Of a DNA stretch of 64,000 nucleotides, positions 28,780-42,150 are shown piece by piece. Under the pieces are notes generated by a model. It made no database searches, was not told the origin of the DNA, and saw only the letters and a program-made list of their open reading frames with translations. Source of the DNA: Eledone cirrhosa (Eukaryota); NCBI GenBank assembly GCA_964016885.1, contig OZ024743.1, forward strand, positions 185,814,001 through 185,878,000, written 5' to 3'. Each line of letters starts with the position of its first letter. The first letter of the stretch is position 1. Made by a program: the position numbers and the translations under genes.

Positions 28780-29820
28780 CCTTTAAATGCCCAGAGGGCA
28801 CTGTATAAATAGTTGATAGTTTGTTACATGGGTGACCAAATTAGCAGTGGGGAAGGATGTCCCAAAAGCACAGTAGCCTGAGTGAGAACAGATTGGAGAA
28901 AGTTCAGGGAGTTACTACCACCACTAACTACAAAAGGTTTTTCTCTCAAAATGAAGGGCAGATTGTATGATGCATGTATATGAACAGCAATTTGCATGGT
29001 TGTAAGATCTGGGCACTGTGTGCAGAGGACCTGCAAAGTTTGGAAAGTAACGAAGCTTGCATGCTTTGATGGATATGTAATAGTAATATACATGAATGGC
29101 AAAGCATAAATGAAATGAGAGAGAAATTGTGCATAAGAGGGATTAGCTGAAGTGTGCATTGCTGTGAGACGTGATATGTATGAAGGATGACAGCTGTATA
29201 AAAAGGTGCAGAGTGCTCAAAGTTGATGGTTGCTATGGAGTAGGAAGACCTAGGAAGACTTAGATGAGGTGATAAAAGCTGACTTTGCAAATTGCACCTC
29301 ACAAAGGTGATGACACATGACCATGGTCTCTGGAATTATGCAGTAATAGAGAAGACCTGCCTTCTCATATGCATAGTCTGAGGCATACATCTAGTATGCG
29401 CTGCCTACCCCTCCATAATTCCTACCATACACCTCCTATGGCATAACAGCCCACCCATGACCTAACACACAATTTTTTACCCATGGCCCTAGATCTACCT
29501 CTCCAATCCCCATGCACCTCCCCAACCCAAGTTCGCAGTCCACACTATAAAAAGGTCATTTTGGTGCCACAACTATGAGCACCCAGTCTACACTGTAAAG
29601 TGATCATGTAGGTGTCACGACAAAAAGCACCCAGTACACACTGTAAATGTGGTTGGCATTAGGGAGGGCATCCAGCCATAGAAGCCAAGCAAAATCAGTT
29701 CTGTATGAGCAAAACACGGTCATCTGACCTGGCTTGTCTCAATGGGACAGCTTGTCTAACCCATGCAAACATGGAAAATGGACATTAAACAGTGATGATG
29801 ATGATGATGATGATGATGAT
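28780..29820 (+). mobile_element. Degraded RTE LINE 3' end with (GAT)n tail
   Basis: Same family motifs and tail. Confidence 0.82.
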
Positions 29821-30372
29821 ATACCTCAACATCTATCATAGCACAGTTTTCAGCCTTAGCAATTAATTTGTTTGCAAACTAATAGATGTTGAATCATATA
29901 TCAGTTGTAGTTTTTCTTCAGAAGATGTTTTGTTTTTGATGTCTAACAATAGAGACATTATTTGGTTTTTAATAATATTTTAAAAAAAAACAATAAAAAA
30001 TGATAACTAACATTTGTACTTATGAAAGAAGACAACAAGCAGATTTGATAAATATAAAATTTATAATAAAAATGTAATTAAACCCGTTAATGCAGTGGGT
30101 ATTGCTGGTTTTTCTCTGCAGCAACACCTTTGCTCTTTTGTCCATTGGGGGTAGCTGAGATTTACTAACTAGACTGGGGTGTAGGGTTTGCTGCTCCTTT
30201 CCCCTTTCTTTTCGTTATTACATTTTTTTTCTTTTTCTTTTATTGCAAACAATATATAATTTAACTGAAATTTGTTGAATAAAATATCTAGTGACCAACT
30301 GCATAATTATGTGAAAATTGCTGAAACAATTATGGTATTTTTCTAACAAACAAGAAATAATATGATATTTAC

Positions 30373-30529
30373 CTTTGTAAAGTGAGGGACAGTATAACTT
30401 TAAGAGTTTCAAGCCACTTGGAGCAGTGAGTGGCTTTGGTGGTCCATTATAGACACAATTAGTTGGCATGCCATTATATCCTGTACCACATACATCATAC
30501 CATATACAATGGCCTTCTTCACAGGACAC
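30373..30529 (-). CDS. NPC1: NPC1 exon 2 (start of N-terminal sterol-binding domain, VSCEEGHCIWYDVCG...LYCPSLYK)
   Basis: CIWY-x-x-C and NCxYxGPP motifs of the NPC1 NTD; AG acceptor, G|GTAAAT donor; 157 nt, ends in phase 1. Confidence 0.95.
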
Positions 30530-31999
30530 CTTTAATAAGAAAGAGTTAGTAAAAATGTAACAAAAACAAAAAGGATAACTAAAAACACTGCAATATATTT
30601 TTAACAGTTTGAAGTTAAGTTAAGTCATTTCAAACATTTCATCTTTATGAGCTGAAAAGAAAGTTATAGGATAGATAGTGTTGAGTGTGAAAGCTGGTGT
30701 GAATGACAAAGCTTTTCAATGTGTACTGAAGAGATTGTTGTATCACGCAGTAATAAATTAAAGGGCACAGCTGATTAGTGGAATGTCATGAGCTTAGAAG
30801 GTAAACTACAGTGAATTTATATATATAGTAATAATAATAAATTTGAAGACTTTAATCTGTTATTTTAATAAATATATATATATAATCATCATCATTGATT
30901 AACGTCTATCTTCCATGCTAGCATGGGTATATCATCATTATCATCATCATTTTATGTCCGCTTTTCCCTGCTTGCAAGGGTGAGACGGGAACTGATTCTG
31001 GCTTGATTTCTACAGCTGGATTCCCTTCCTAACACCAACCTCATTTACAGTGAGTGCTGGGTGCTTTTTTTTTTTTTCCATGGCGCCTACACGTCCACTT
31101 TACAGTGGAATGATAGGGACCCCAGTCCTATCATCTCATTTCTACAGCTGAGTAAACTGGAGCAATGTGAAATAAAGTGTCTTGCTCAAGAAAACAACAT
31201 CACCCCGTCTGAGAATTGAACTCACAACCTTTCGATTGCAAGGCCAATGCTCTAACCACTAAGCCATGTGCCTCCATATATATATAAGATTGGAGACCAT
31301 ATTCAGTTGAACCAGGTTTATTTAAAGCTCTGTTGTACATATTTCACTGACAACTATCAGTTAAGATAGCCTGAGGTCTTCAGACGGCTGTATATATATG
31401 ATGTGCGTGTGTATCCTGTTCAGAATAGGAACAGTATATCTTTATGTATAATAAGTGACTAAAAGGGTTAGTGCATCCGGATGTCAAACATTGTCTCAAA
31501 AAGTCCACTCCAACCAATGCCAGCATGGAAAAGTTGACGTAATTGTGTGTAGGTGCATGTGCAATATAAAATCTGATTTAAATAAGTTAAATTGCAGGAG
31601 GCTGTAGTAAAACAGGAAACTGATTACAACAATGTTAATATTTTCTAATTAAAAACAAAATTTCTTTTAATTATTTGAAGCCAGCTATACCAAATCAATG
31701 AGAAATATCTGGCTCTTATTCATAAGAGCAGAATCATAACCTTTTTAGAGAGTCGATGTGGTTACTTGACTTGCTAGAAATAGCAGCGTAATCACCTAAA
31801 AAAGGACAAATTGGATAATGTAGTGTGGTATATATAGTAAACCTTAAAGAGAATAGGATGTTCATGACTGAGTAAACTTGTTTATGCCTGAGCTATCAGT
31901 ACTGACCTAGGGCTAAATAACTACTTTTGATCCACTTGAATTGAGAGCCATAAATAACAGAACAAAGTTGATATGGCTATGGTTTAGTTTGAATTCTTA

Positions 32000-32177
32000 T
32001 ACCATATGTACTCGAATATAAGCTGATGTAAGCCTATGTTATGTCTGAAAAATGGGAAAAAGTCCAGACCCTGTTTATAAACTGAAGCAGCTAATTATGT
32101 TTAGATGGTGAATATAAGCTGATGCTCCACCCAATTTTACCATAGATTCCTCGGCTTATATTTGAGTATATACAGTA
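32000..32177. mobile_element. Tc1/mariner-pogo-type MITE
   Basis: TA-flanked TIRs CCATATGTACTCGAATATAAGCTGA/TCGGCTTATATTTGAGTATATACAG. Confidence 0.7.
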
Positions 32178-32394
32178 AGTTGTTGGTAGAAAAATATGAG
32201 AAAGACATGACATCTTCCCTAGCGATGATGTCATGATAAATTTCACTCGGTAGACCACAAAATCACATATCGGGCCCCCCAGTCAGTGGCTCAGCTTGAG
32301 AGTTGATTGGTCTGCTAGCAAGGAAAACAGACATTATATGATGATGATAATGTTTCCATTTATAAAGAGTGTAATACTTTTATTTATTACGGCA

Positions 32395-34610
32395 AAGTGT
32401 GTTGGGAGCTGGAAGTTAGGGGAAAAGTAATGTTGGGGGAGTCGGAAGAGGAGGGGTCTAGCCACTTTTTTATGGAACCTTTTGACCAGATAGGTGGTAT
32501 ACAAATGAGCCTGCAATGGGCAAACAATGAAGAACAGAAGGCAAGAAGGTGCAGAGGCAGACATTTAAAGGTGGAGATAACAGTATAGGGAGCATGAATG
32601 AGGGTTCTGGCATTCGTGATTGACTATGTTGTAGATGATGATGATGTAGTGATGGGGATGGATGTGATCAGAAGGTTAAGAGGTGTTGTAGTCAGTGAGA
32701 ATGGGAGAGATTTTGATGGGGGACAGTGAGCCATAAGTATGCAACAAAAGAGCTGGGGGAGAACTGTGAATTGATCAATGATGCTCCAAAGAAAGGAGTC
32801 TTCCATGCAAAATCTAGGACAAAGATTTCTGGTCTGAGTATGATGGCAAGTGAAGGAAAGTTGAATGGTTCAGGAGGGAAGAGCCCCTAACACTGAGGCA
32901 TAAGATGACAATTGAGTTGAGGAAAGAGCTGAAAGGGTGGATCAAAGAGGGTATTCTAATAACCTGGAAGGAGGTGGAAAGTGGAGTGTTGCCACTGATG
33001 GCAGTAGTTCAGCCAACAAAAAATATAGTCTGGCCAGTGATAGACGTTTGTGGGCTGAATAACCATGTATCATGTCACATGGGTTGTGAGGTCAGAGATG
33101 TCTGAGAGACCTTGTAAGAGTGGAGACAAATTATGAGAATTACTCTGTTCATCAATCTAAAATCAGCATATCTGCAATACTATGTGGTTAAAAAATTATG
33201 GATGTATCAGCTGGTGAGATACAAGGGCAAGACGTCCTGTCCGACTAGGCTAAGATTCGAGTTAAACTCTGCACCAAAATTGTAGGGACAGTCCTAGGAA
33301 AGGAGAAAAAATATCTTTGTGGATGAAATGGAGATGTTGGCAGCAGAGGTTGTAGGTCATCTAGGGTTGACTAACACCATTGGGATCAATGGAAGGGGGA
33401 AACTGCATTGGGGCTGAAGCTGAGGAAAGACAAGACAGGCAAGCTGATGGTGTAAGCTAGGGAGATAAGGCAGACGTTTTCCCCAGTGCAAAGAAAATCT
33501 AGTTGGGGAAGCCAGAGGATCTAGAAAGTGGGATGGCCCACAATGCATTGGTTGGAAGACCTGAAGTTAAGGAAACTACATAATATGCACCATATGAAAA
33601 TGGTTAGGACTATTTTTAGACAAGAAAGCTGATTTTGATATGACTAAGGACAATGTTCAGAAGAGTGAGTGTAAAGTTTCATGTAAAAGATAACTGGAAA
33701 GGTTGCCAGTTAATATGATTTGCTATCAGCAGAGATGATCGACTGGGGCAGGGGCCAATATGGAAGGAAATTATGACTGAGAATGCAGTTGAAATTGCAG
33801 GAGTGCTGGAGGGAACCAATAGATGTTATTGAAGGACAACAGTAATACTTTTGTTCAGAATCACTGAAAGTGATGCTTGACAGATAAAATGCTAGTTTCA
33901 TCAGAGTTGCATATAGTGGAAATGGGATTATGGAAAACTAAAATCAGACAATCAAAGCCATGACTATGAGGAGGCATATATCTTTGTTTGAGGCCATGTT
34001 CTGGTACACATCATGCAGGTCAGAATAAGTTGAAGGGTCAGTGCCACGAAGAGCAGTGTTCAGGTATAAGTGTAGACATCTCAACTATGTGCCTTGGAGA
34101 AGGAACCACATCTGTCCAGATCAATGATGAGGTTTGAGTGAAACCACAAAATGGGTGCTGCACATCTGAATGAGAGAGGAAGTGCAACAAAAGAGGAATA
34201 TCAGAATAATGTTTCAGTAAATAGGATGCCACATCACATTCTGGATGTCTATAGTGTTGTCAGCTTGTCAGACAATGATGGACAAGAAAATAAAATCAGT
34301 ACTGAAGCCATGTGAAGGTTGCAGAGGGAATGACAAGGTAGACAGACAACTTCGAAATAGTATAAGTAATGAGGCTAGTTTCTTTCTTTTTTCAACTGTA
34401 GATAGATAGCATATACGTGTGTGTGTCTTTTCTTGTCTTTTTGTTTGATTACTGTTGAATAAATTGATCTTTAGATTGGGGAGGGGGGATATCGCGTGTT
34501 GGGGACCGGAAGTTTATGTCAGATCAGCAGGAGGAGGAGAGGGCTAACCTCTTTTTCATAAAACCTTTGGACTAAATAGGTTATGTGTGAATGAGCTCAC
34601 AGTCAATGTC
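32395..34610 (+). mobile_element. Decayed LTR retrotransposon (Gypsy-like)
   Basis: Diverged direct repeats at about 32398-32520 and 34496-34605 (GTGTTGGG...GGAAGTT); polypurine tract GGGGAGGGGGG at about 34477; RT-like peptide WIKEGIL...PLMAVVQPTKNIVWPVID; integrase-like NGIME near 33920. Confidence 0.65.
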
Positions 34611-35353
34611 CTCACCATTTCTAGAGAGTGTGGTGTCTTTGAATTTCATCACATGATAGAACTGATAATCAAAATTCCTTGAGAGCACTTTCTAGAAGTG
34701 AAGTAAGCATTAATATTTGTACTATAAGTTATTTCAACAAATTTAACATGTGAAATGCCTATAAAAATAAGAACCAACAGCAAAGATGAATTAGGTTAGA
34801 GAACAGATGGTTGCCTGAGTAAACAAGATCCATCTCTTCTAATCCAACACTCATCATCATTACTGTTTTACATTCATTCTTTCATGCTAGCATGGGTTAG
34901 ACAGGTAGTCTTGTTGTGGGCAATGTCAGGTCAGAACTGATTTTACTCATACAGAACTGATTTTGGCTTGATTTCTACAGCTGGGTGACCTTCCTAACGC
35001 TAACTTTATTCACAGTGAGTACTGGGTGCTTTTTACCATGGTGCCTACACGACCACTTTACAATGCGAGCTGGGTGCTTTTTTGTCGTAACACCTACATT
35101 GTTAGTTCTATACTACTATAGTTCTCTATGATGACAGATAAAAATCCAGTGATATTCTCACTGGTTACTGAGATAGATGTGACATGATCACAGCTTTAAA
35201 AAAATTCACGAGTCTCTCGTATGTTTATTATACATAAATATATTGTATATGCTATCATATACACCCCTATTATGAACTATGCTCTGTTAGTGCTGCTGTT
35301 AATAAACACTAGTATCAGTGCAATTTCCATCTATCATTACCCTATTTCTAAAA

Positions 35354-35622
35354 CAGCTGTTGCCGACCTCACAGACCACTAAATTCATAATTTTAAATTC
35401 CGTGGACCACTAATATGAGTTTAAAAAAAAAGATAAATACATGATCAGAGAACTTCCATTTTATTAAAATGAAATGCACCTATTAAATATAACAAAATTA
35501 TAAATGCTTATTTAGTTATAACAAAATTATAAATGCTTATGTAATCATAACAAAATCTTTAAAGTCAAAATTTTTCTGCGGACCACCAAATTTTCTCTTA
35601 GACCACCAGTTGGCAACCGCTG
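35354..35622. mobile_element. hAT-type MITE
   Basis: TIRs CAGCTGTTGCCGAC/GTTGGCAACCGCTG; 8-bp TSD TTCTAAAA/CTCTAAAA. Confidence 0.75.
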
Positions 35623-36617
35623 CTCTAAAAAGCATCATCCACTATTATTTAACTCTTAACATCATATAACATGAAACCATATTAGCAAGATATTCGTAAA
35701 AAGTAAAAAAACAGTACTGCCTCACATTAAAAATTTAAGTTTTTATTTTAGTTTGCTACAACTTTTCACAACAATCTATCATTCAGTAAAATTACTATAA
35801 AGATCTGAATTAAGATACCTGTTTTTAGATATGTTCTGCTAAATCATTAGAGTTAGAAAAAAATAATTTCAAAATATTAAAAAGCAATATAAAGCTGCTA
35901 TAATTAGGAACTTGCAGATAAGATTAAAAGAAGGGGAAATAAAATTTAAAAAGATTATCCTCACCACAATGAAAATATGAAATGTTAATCTCTTAAAACA
36001 ATTAAATATAAACACTAATCCTGAGAAGTTTTAACAATTAAGAAGTAATTTTTAAAAATAAAAATAATTATCAAATTAAACTACCTTTGGTAGGAGTAAC
36101 AGATTTATCACTTTCATGGCAAACTACTTAAGCTGAACAAAAAAATTATACTAATCTTAAGCCAAACAATTTTATGGTCTTTTGTTAAATTAATGCAAAG
36201 AGCTTGTGATTAGTAAATGAAGTGAAGATAATTCAGGAAGTTGGACAAAATAAACAAAGGAAGGATTAAGATGTGGTAGCTAAAGATGATTTGGGTTAAT
36301 GGAGAAAAAGGATCAAAGAGAGATGGTCACAGAAACAAATGAGTGTGTCTATGAAAACTTTATAACATAAAATAATTGTTTCTACTTTAGGCACAAGGCC
36401 AGCAATTACCCAGTGCATTACTGGTACTTTATCGACCCCGTAAGGATGAAAGGCAAAGTTAACCTCGGCGGGATTTGAACTCAGATCATAAAGGGACATA
36501 ACTCTATGCTTCAAAGCATGGTGTCCGACTCTCTACCGATACTGCCAATCCCCCGCCTTCTAACATAAAATAATATTGCTGATGATGACAATGATAATAA
36601 TTCTATTAGTGTTCACA

Positions 36618-38790
36618 ATCATCATCATCATCATCATCGTTTAACGTCCGTGTTCCATGCTTGCATGGGTTTGGACGGGAGTTTTCCCACTTGAGGCAAG
36701 AGTGGTTGTCTTGCTCGCATAGGACTGTCTGGCGGGTTTTCTACAGTTGGATGCCCTTCCTAACACCAACCACATTTACAGTGTGGGGCTGGGAGGTTTT
36801 TACCGTGTTGCCTACACGGCCACATTACAGCGTGGACTGTCTGGCAGGTTTTCTACAGCTGGATGCCCTTCCTAACACCAACTACATTTACAGTGTGGGA
36901 CTGGGACGTTTTTACCGTGTTGCCTATACGGTCACATTACAGCGTGGACTGTGTTTTTTTGTCGTGACACCTACACGATCTCATTTGTTTCGGCCTGGAT
37001 TTTGTGGCACCAACATAACTTTACATTGAAAGGGGTGGTGTGGATGGGGTGGGGGTGTATTTTGTTAGAGATGCCTACTGACTGTAGTAGGTTTTACTTT
37101 GTATTTAGGTAACGCGGGTCTTCTCTATTACTGAGTACCGCCAAAGCTCTCGGTCCAGTGACATTGTCTTGGAGAGGTGTAAGTGTGTGAGGTCGGAATT
37201 TATCAGCTCGTCCCAGGTTTTTCTGGGTCTGCCTACTCCGTGGCTACCGTCTATCTTTATTGCCCTGCACTTTGTTATACAGCTGTCGTCTTTCATGCGC
37301 ATCACATGACCATACCAACGTAGCCTTCTCTCGAGTAAACAACATCTGATCCCTCTTATTTCTAATTTTTTCCTTAGTTCGTTTATGCTTTGCCGTTCGC
37401 GTATATTACTATTACACATCCAGCGGAGCATGCAAGCTTCGTTCCTCTCTAGTCTGCGTATATCCTCTGCACACAATGCCCAGGTCTCACTGCCATGCAA
37501 CATTGCTGTTCGTATGCAGGCATCATACAACCTGCCTTTCACTTTTAGGGAGAACCCTTTAGCGGCTAATAGTGGTATAAGCTCTCTGAACTTTTTCCAT
37601 CCAGTTCTGACTCTAGCTACTGTACTTTCGGAGCACCCTCCCCCACTGCTGATTTTGTCACCCAGGTAACGGAAGCTGTCCACTATTTCTATAGAACCCT
37701 CTGCGCAGTTGAAAGAGCTAGTATTTTGTGGGCACTTGCTGCTACTTATTGCACCAGAGCACCGGCCACATGTAAAATCTATGTTCTTAGTTAGCTTCCC
37801 TGTGATCCCACTACATCTTTTATGCACCCATACTTTGCATTTGGGACATAAAATGGAGTTTCTACCTACGCCTTTCCTGCACACTGAGCATGGCCATTTC
37901 CCGGAAGGGACCGGCGCCTTATTTTCTTTCCTACAAACTAGAACTTTAGTCTTAGCCATGTTAATTTTAAGGCCTTTTGATTCTAGGCCGTGCTTCCATG
38001 TTTGGAATTTCTTCTCTAGCTTGGCCATTGATTCAGCTATGAGCGTTAGGTCATCTGCGTATAGGAGTTCCCATGGGCAGCCGGTCTTGAACTCCTCTGT
38101 TATAGCCTGAAGAGCAATAATGAATAGTAGGGGCTAAGAACAGAGCCCTGATGGACACCAACTTTTACGCTAAAATCTTCACTATATTCGTTGTTAATTC
38201 TAACCTTGCTCACTGTTTCTTTATACATGGCTTGTATAGCTCTCACAAGCCATTCGTCAACACCTAGTTTTCTAAGAGCCCACCAGATAATGGAACAGGG
38301 GACTCTGTCGAAGGCTTTCTCCAAGTCGACAAAGGCTAAGTATAGGGGTTTACCTTTAGCTAGGTACTTCTCCTGGAGTTGTCGTACAATGAAAAGAGCG
38401 TCTGTGGTACTTTTGCCTGACACAAACCCAAACTGCATTTCATCTAGATCAATTCTCTCTCTGATTAGTTGCACTATTACTTTTTCCGTGACCTTCATGA
38501 CCTGGTCGATTAATTTAATCCCTCTATAAGTTACTCCTATCTAGGGCGTCTCCTTTACCCTTGTAACAGTTAATGATGATGCTGCTACGCCAGTCCTTCG
38601 GAACAACCCCATTCTGTATGACTTGGTTTACTATCCGGGTGACCATGGTGTGTCCAACCGTTCCAGAGGCCTTCAGCATCTCAGCGACTATTTCCGAAGG
38701 CCCAGCCGCCTTACCCGTCTTCATATCTTTGATTGCCTTATGGATGAATCTGTAACTCCTGGCGCAGTCAAAGGGGCGTTGTAGTAACAA
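36618..38790 (-). mobile_element. RTE-clade LINE, 5'-truncated, frameshifted RT with 3' UTR and (GAT)n tail
   Basis: ORFs 38524-38790, 38100-38498 (QFGF, FVDLEKAFDRVP, GVHQGSVLSP), YADDL near 38060, and 37105-38028 (FRYLG, RLRWYGHVMR, GRPRKTW). Confidence 0.95.
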
Positions 38791-40289
38791 TCTCGGGCAC
38801 TTGACATTTGGCAGAACTCACTTCCTCTCCAGTTCTAAACACAGCTGAGAAAGAGAGGGTGGGAGAGGGGAGAGTGATAGGAAGGAAATGAGAAACAGAA
38901 AAAGAATTTACTCCAATACTTTTATGAAAAAGAATTTACTCCAATACTTTTATGAAAAAGAATTTACTCCAATACTTGACTGGTACTTTATTGACCTCAA
39001 AAAGATGAAAGACAAAATTAACCTTGGTGGAATATGAATTCAGGGCAGCGATCTGGAACAAATACAGCAAAGCATTCTCTTCAATGTTCTAATGGCTCTA
39101 TTAATTTGCCATCCCCCCATTAAAATGTAAGTGGTTTAATATCAAAAACACTAAATAAGCATACAAAAACTTCCCAGAATGCTACCAGCAGATAAAATAC
39201 TTTTATCATCTTTTGTTTCAAATGAATTGGGGTAAGTTTTGAAATTTGTAATTTAGAGAGCAAGCATCCTTCATATTTAGTTTCAAAGGAATTTGAACAA
39301 ATAAAATAAACACCCAGACAGAAATGAAATCAGAATTTGATGAAACTTTTACAATATTCAACTACCTCAAAAACCAATCATATCTGACAGGGCCTCCTGA
39401 AGAAATGCAGTATATGCCATATCAATACCCTTTTGCTATTAATCTGCCTAAAACTGTCTTTAAAAAAAATCAAAAAAAAATCAATAAAAAAAAAAAAAAA
39501 AAAAAAAAAAATCAACTGGCACACTTGAGACTTTCTCTGAGGAGACTACTCTCCAAACCCTAACTCCCATACAATATATGCACACTTCCTAACTGTCCCA
39601 TCAACAAGACATATGAGAATGAGAATATACATGATTAACAGGATCACATGCAGAAGCTGTTGTTGCTCATACATTGGAAGCACTATCTAGATGTTACACA
39701 CAGAGATCAAGGAACACATGACTGAGTGATTCCTAGAGAAATACCACAACAGAAACATTGGGGTCACCATAAAGTCCACGGAGAGGAATTCCAACAGCCA
39801 GTCACACACACAATACAGGAACAGTTTGTGAGAACAGAATGTCTTGTTTTTCTGTGTTCATCACTGATCATTTGAAAAGAAGTGAGAAAGAGATATAGAA
39901 GAAGAATTGACTCCAGTACTTGACTGGTACTTTATTGACTTCGAAAAGATGAAAGGTAAAATTAACCTTGGTGGAATCTGAACTCAGAGTACAGAGATCT
40001 GGAACAAATACAGAAAAGCATTCTATTCAATGTTCTAATGGCTCTGCTAATTCACCATCCACCCATTGAAATATTGGGTAAAACATTATTTTGTTTTGTC
40101 ATCCTTTTACCCCAGACCATATTTATAACTATATCTGCATTGTACTGGCTTTCCAAACACCCTATTATTTATTACATAACTCACAATGCTTCATGTAAAC
40201 TATACTGTTTTATTTTAAGTTATATCTCAAACAACAGTTTTCAAGGTTAACTGAAACACAGACAGTGTTTCATCACACATTAAATCTTG

Positions 40290-40550
40290 CTTGCCAACTA
40301 ATCCAGGTTCTGCTGCACTTCGGACTGAGGAGGGTAAACTCTCCAAATAGCGGTTACTCTCCGACATGTTTGTGGTCAAGCCCATAGCAGTGGAGACTTC
40401 TGGTGTCCTTGGCCATGAGACCACCTGCCTACTCACCACCATCGGCATAGAGTTGGCTACCCACAGGTGTGAGCCTTGCAAGCTGGAATGGCTTTTCCAA
40501 TGTGTTTCCTTCACCATCCTCCGAGGAAACACCTCTATTCTGTATGCTGG
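40290..40550 (+). mobile_element. CRE-like non-LTR restriction-like endonuclease C-terminal fragment
   Basis: PGSAA...EEGK...PIAVETSGVLG...WLFQCVSFTILRGN. Confidence 0.65.
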
Positions 40551-41356
40551 GGTGGCCAGCACGTGGGCCCTCATTTGCTGATAATAGTGAGAGATGAAGA
40601 GAGTGAGAAAGACGGAGGTCGTGACTATACCAGCGTTGCTGAAATATTTTGTCAAGTTAATAGTAACAGAAGCCATCAACTACCTCTAACAACTTCAGTT
40701 ATTACTCTTTTTAGATATTTATTTTATTCTAAATGTCCCTCCTGCTTCCTACTGTCTTATAGTAAGATTTTAATAATTAGACCAGAGAGAGGTTGTCTGG
40801 CATTAAACATTGAAATTCAAAACAAATGAACTCTTGTTTTCCTTCAAAGTAGATTTTAACTCTTTAGAAAAAAACCTAATGTTGCTTCTAAGATAAAACA
40901 GATGTAATCATTTTAATGAGATACAAAATGAATAAGTGGGTTATTGTTTTAAATTGTGTAAAAAAATATAGGCATTTCAACAAACAAAGAAAAAGTATAT
41001 ATTCTTGAAAAGATCAACCGTTTTTGTTCTAGTACAAAAATATAGCAAGTAAATAGATTGAACCAGTTGTTTCATTATAAGGGTGAAAGGGAAAAACAAA
41101 CTCCATTGGTAAATTCCTTGTTTTGAAAATAGATTTCAGAGTTGGAATTGTTTGGTCATAGAAATTCTATGGAGGAGTCATTTTAGTTAAAAACACACAA
41201 AAACTGTTATATTCATTTTGTAGTAGTCTTATGAAGTATCAAAGAATGTTGTTGCACTTCTGTGATTTCGTCTCAGAAACAATTCTAATGTATTCAGAAA
41301 TAGACAAAAAGTAAATAACAGTTATTATACATTTTAAGTGGCTAAAAATGATTGAA

Positions 41357-41551
41357 TTAACCCTTTAGCATTACTCTATATTTACTATTATACTTTCACA
41401 GTAAAGGCTTTATCTCACATAATATTGAATCAATGAGATTTTGATAACAATACCTTAACATCAGTATAAGTGGCTGGTTACAGCTGGTTTGAACAGAAAG
41501 AGGTGAGAAAATTCTGGGCGGATATGGCTGGTTTAAATGCTAAAGAGTTAA
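41357..41551. mobile_element. piggyBac-like MITE, copy 1
   Basis: TTAA-CCCTTTAGCATT...AATGCTAAAGAG-TTAA. Confidence 0.72.
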
Positions 41552-41669
41552 GCTGGCCAACCCTTACCATGCTGATTAGTAGCATAGCTAACTCCCTTCT
41601 CTATACAGCTAAATTATATAGTGCTTGCAAAAACAAATTAATAATGTAAGCGGAAAAGTCTACACCCAA

Positions 41670-42150
41670 ATCTAGGCAGTGTGCCTCGGCTGCAACTCAC
41701 AGAGGAAATGGTGAAGGCATTGCTGCAGAGAACAGCCAATGACACTTGCTGCACCTGCCAGTCCACCTCACAGGGCTTTGGCCTCAGGTGGAATGCACTA
41801 TTTTGCAGAGGAAACAACTGTTTGGGAACTGAGAACACCAGTGGTTTTGACGGTGACTGGCACAAAAAGAAAGCAGTTGGTCAAGTCCTGGTAATTGGTT
41901 ATTTTCCCCTCCTCCACATTATGGGCAGCAGTGGCTGAATTTATGGCTGAAATGCAAGGTTGGAGACAGAACATGTCACAGCATGTAGTGTCCCAGATTA
42001 GAGATTTATCCTCCTCAAATGAGAAAAGGGTTATCCTGTCTGGGTGCTTGCCATCCCCATGATCAAAGCCAGCAAGTTCCAGTTGTGATGGGAAACTGGT
42101 CATGTAAAGACTCTGATGATAATGTTCAAAGTACCCATAGTATCAGAGCT
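41670..42150 (-). mobile_element. CRE-like non-LTR endonuclease fragment
   Basis: DGKHPD-x-IT...LIWDTTCCD...EEGK...Y...FVPVTVKTTGV. Confidence 0.7.
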
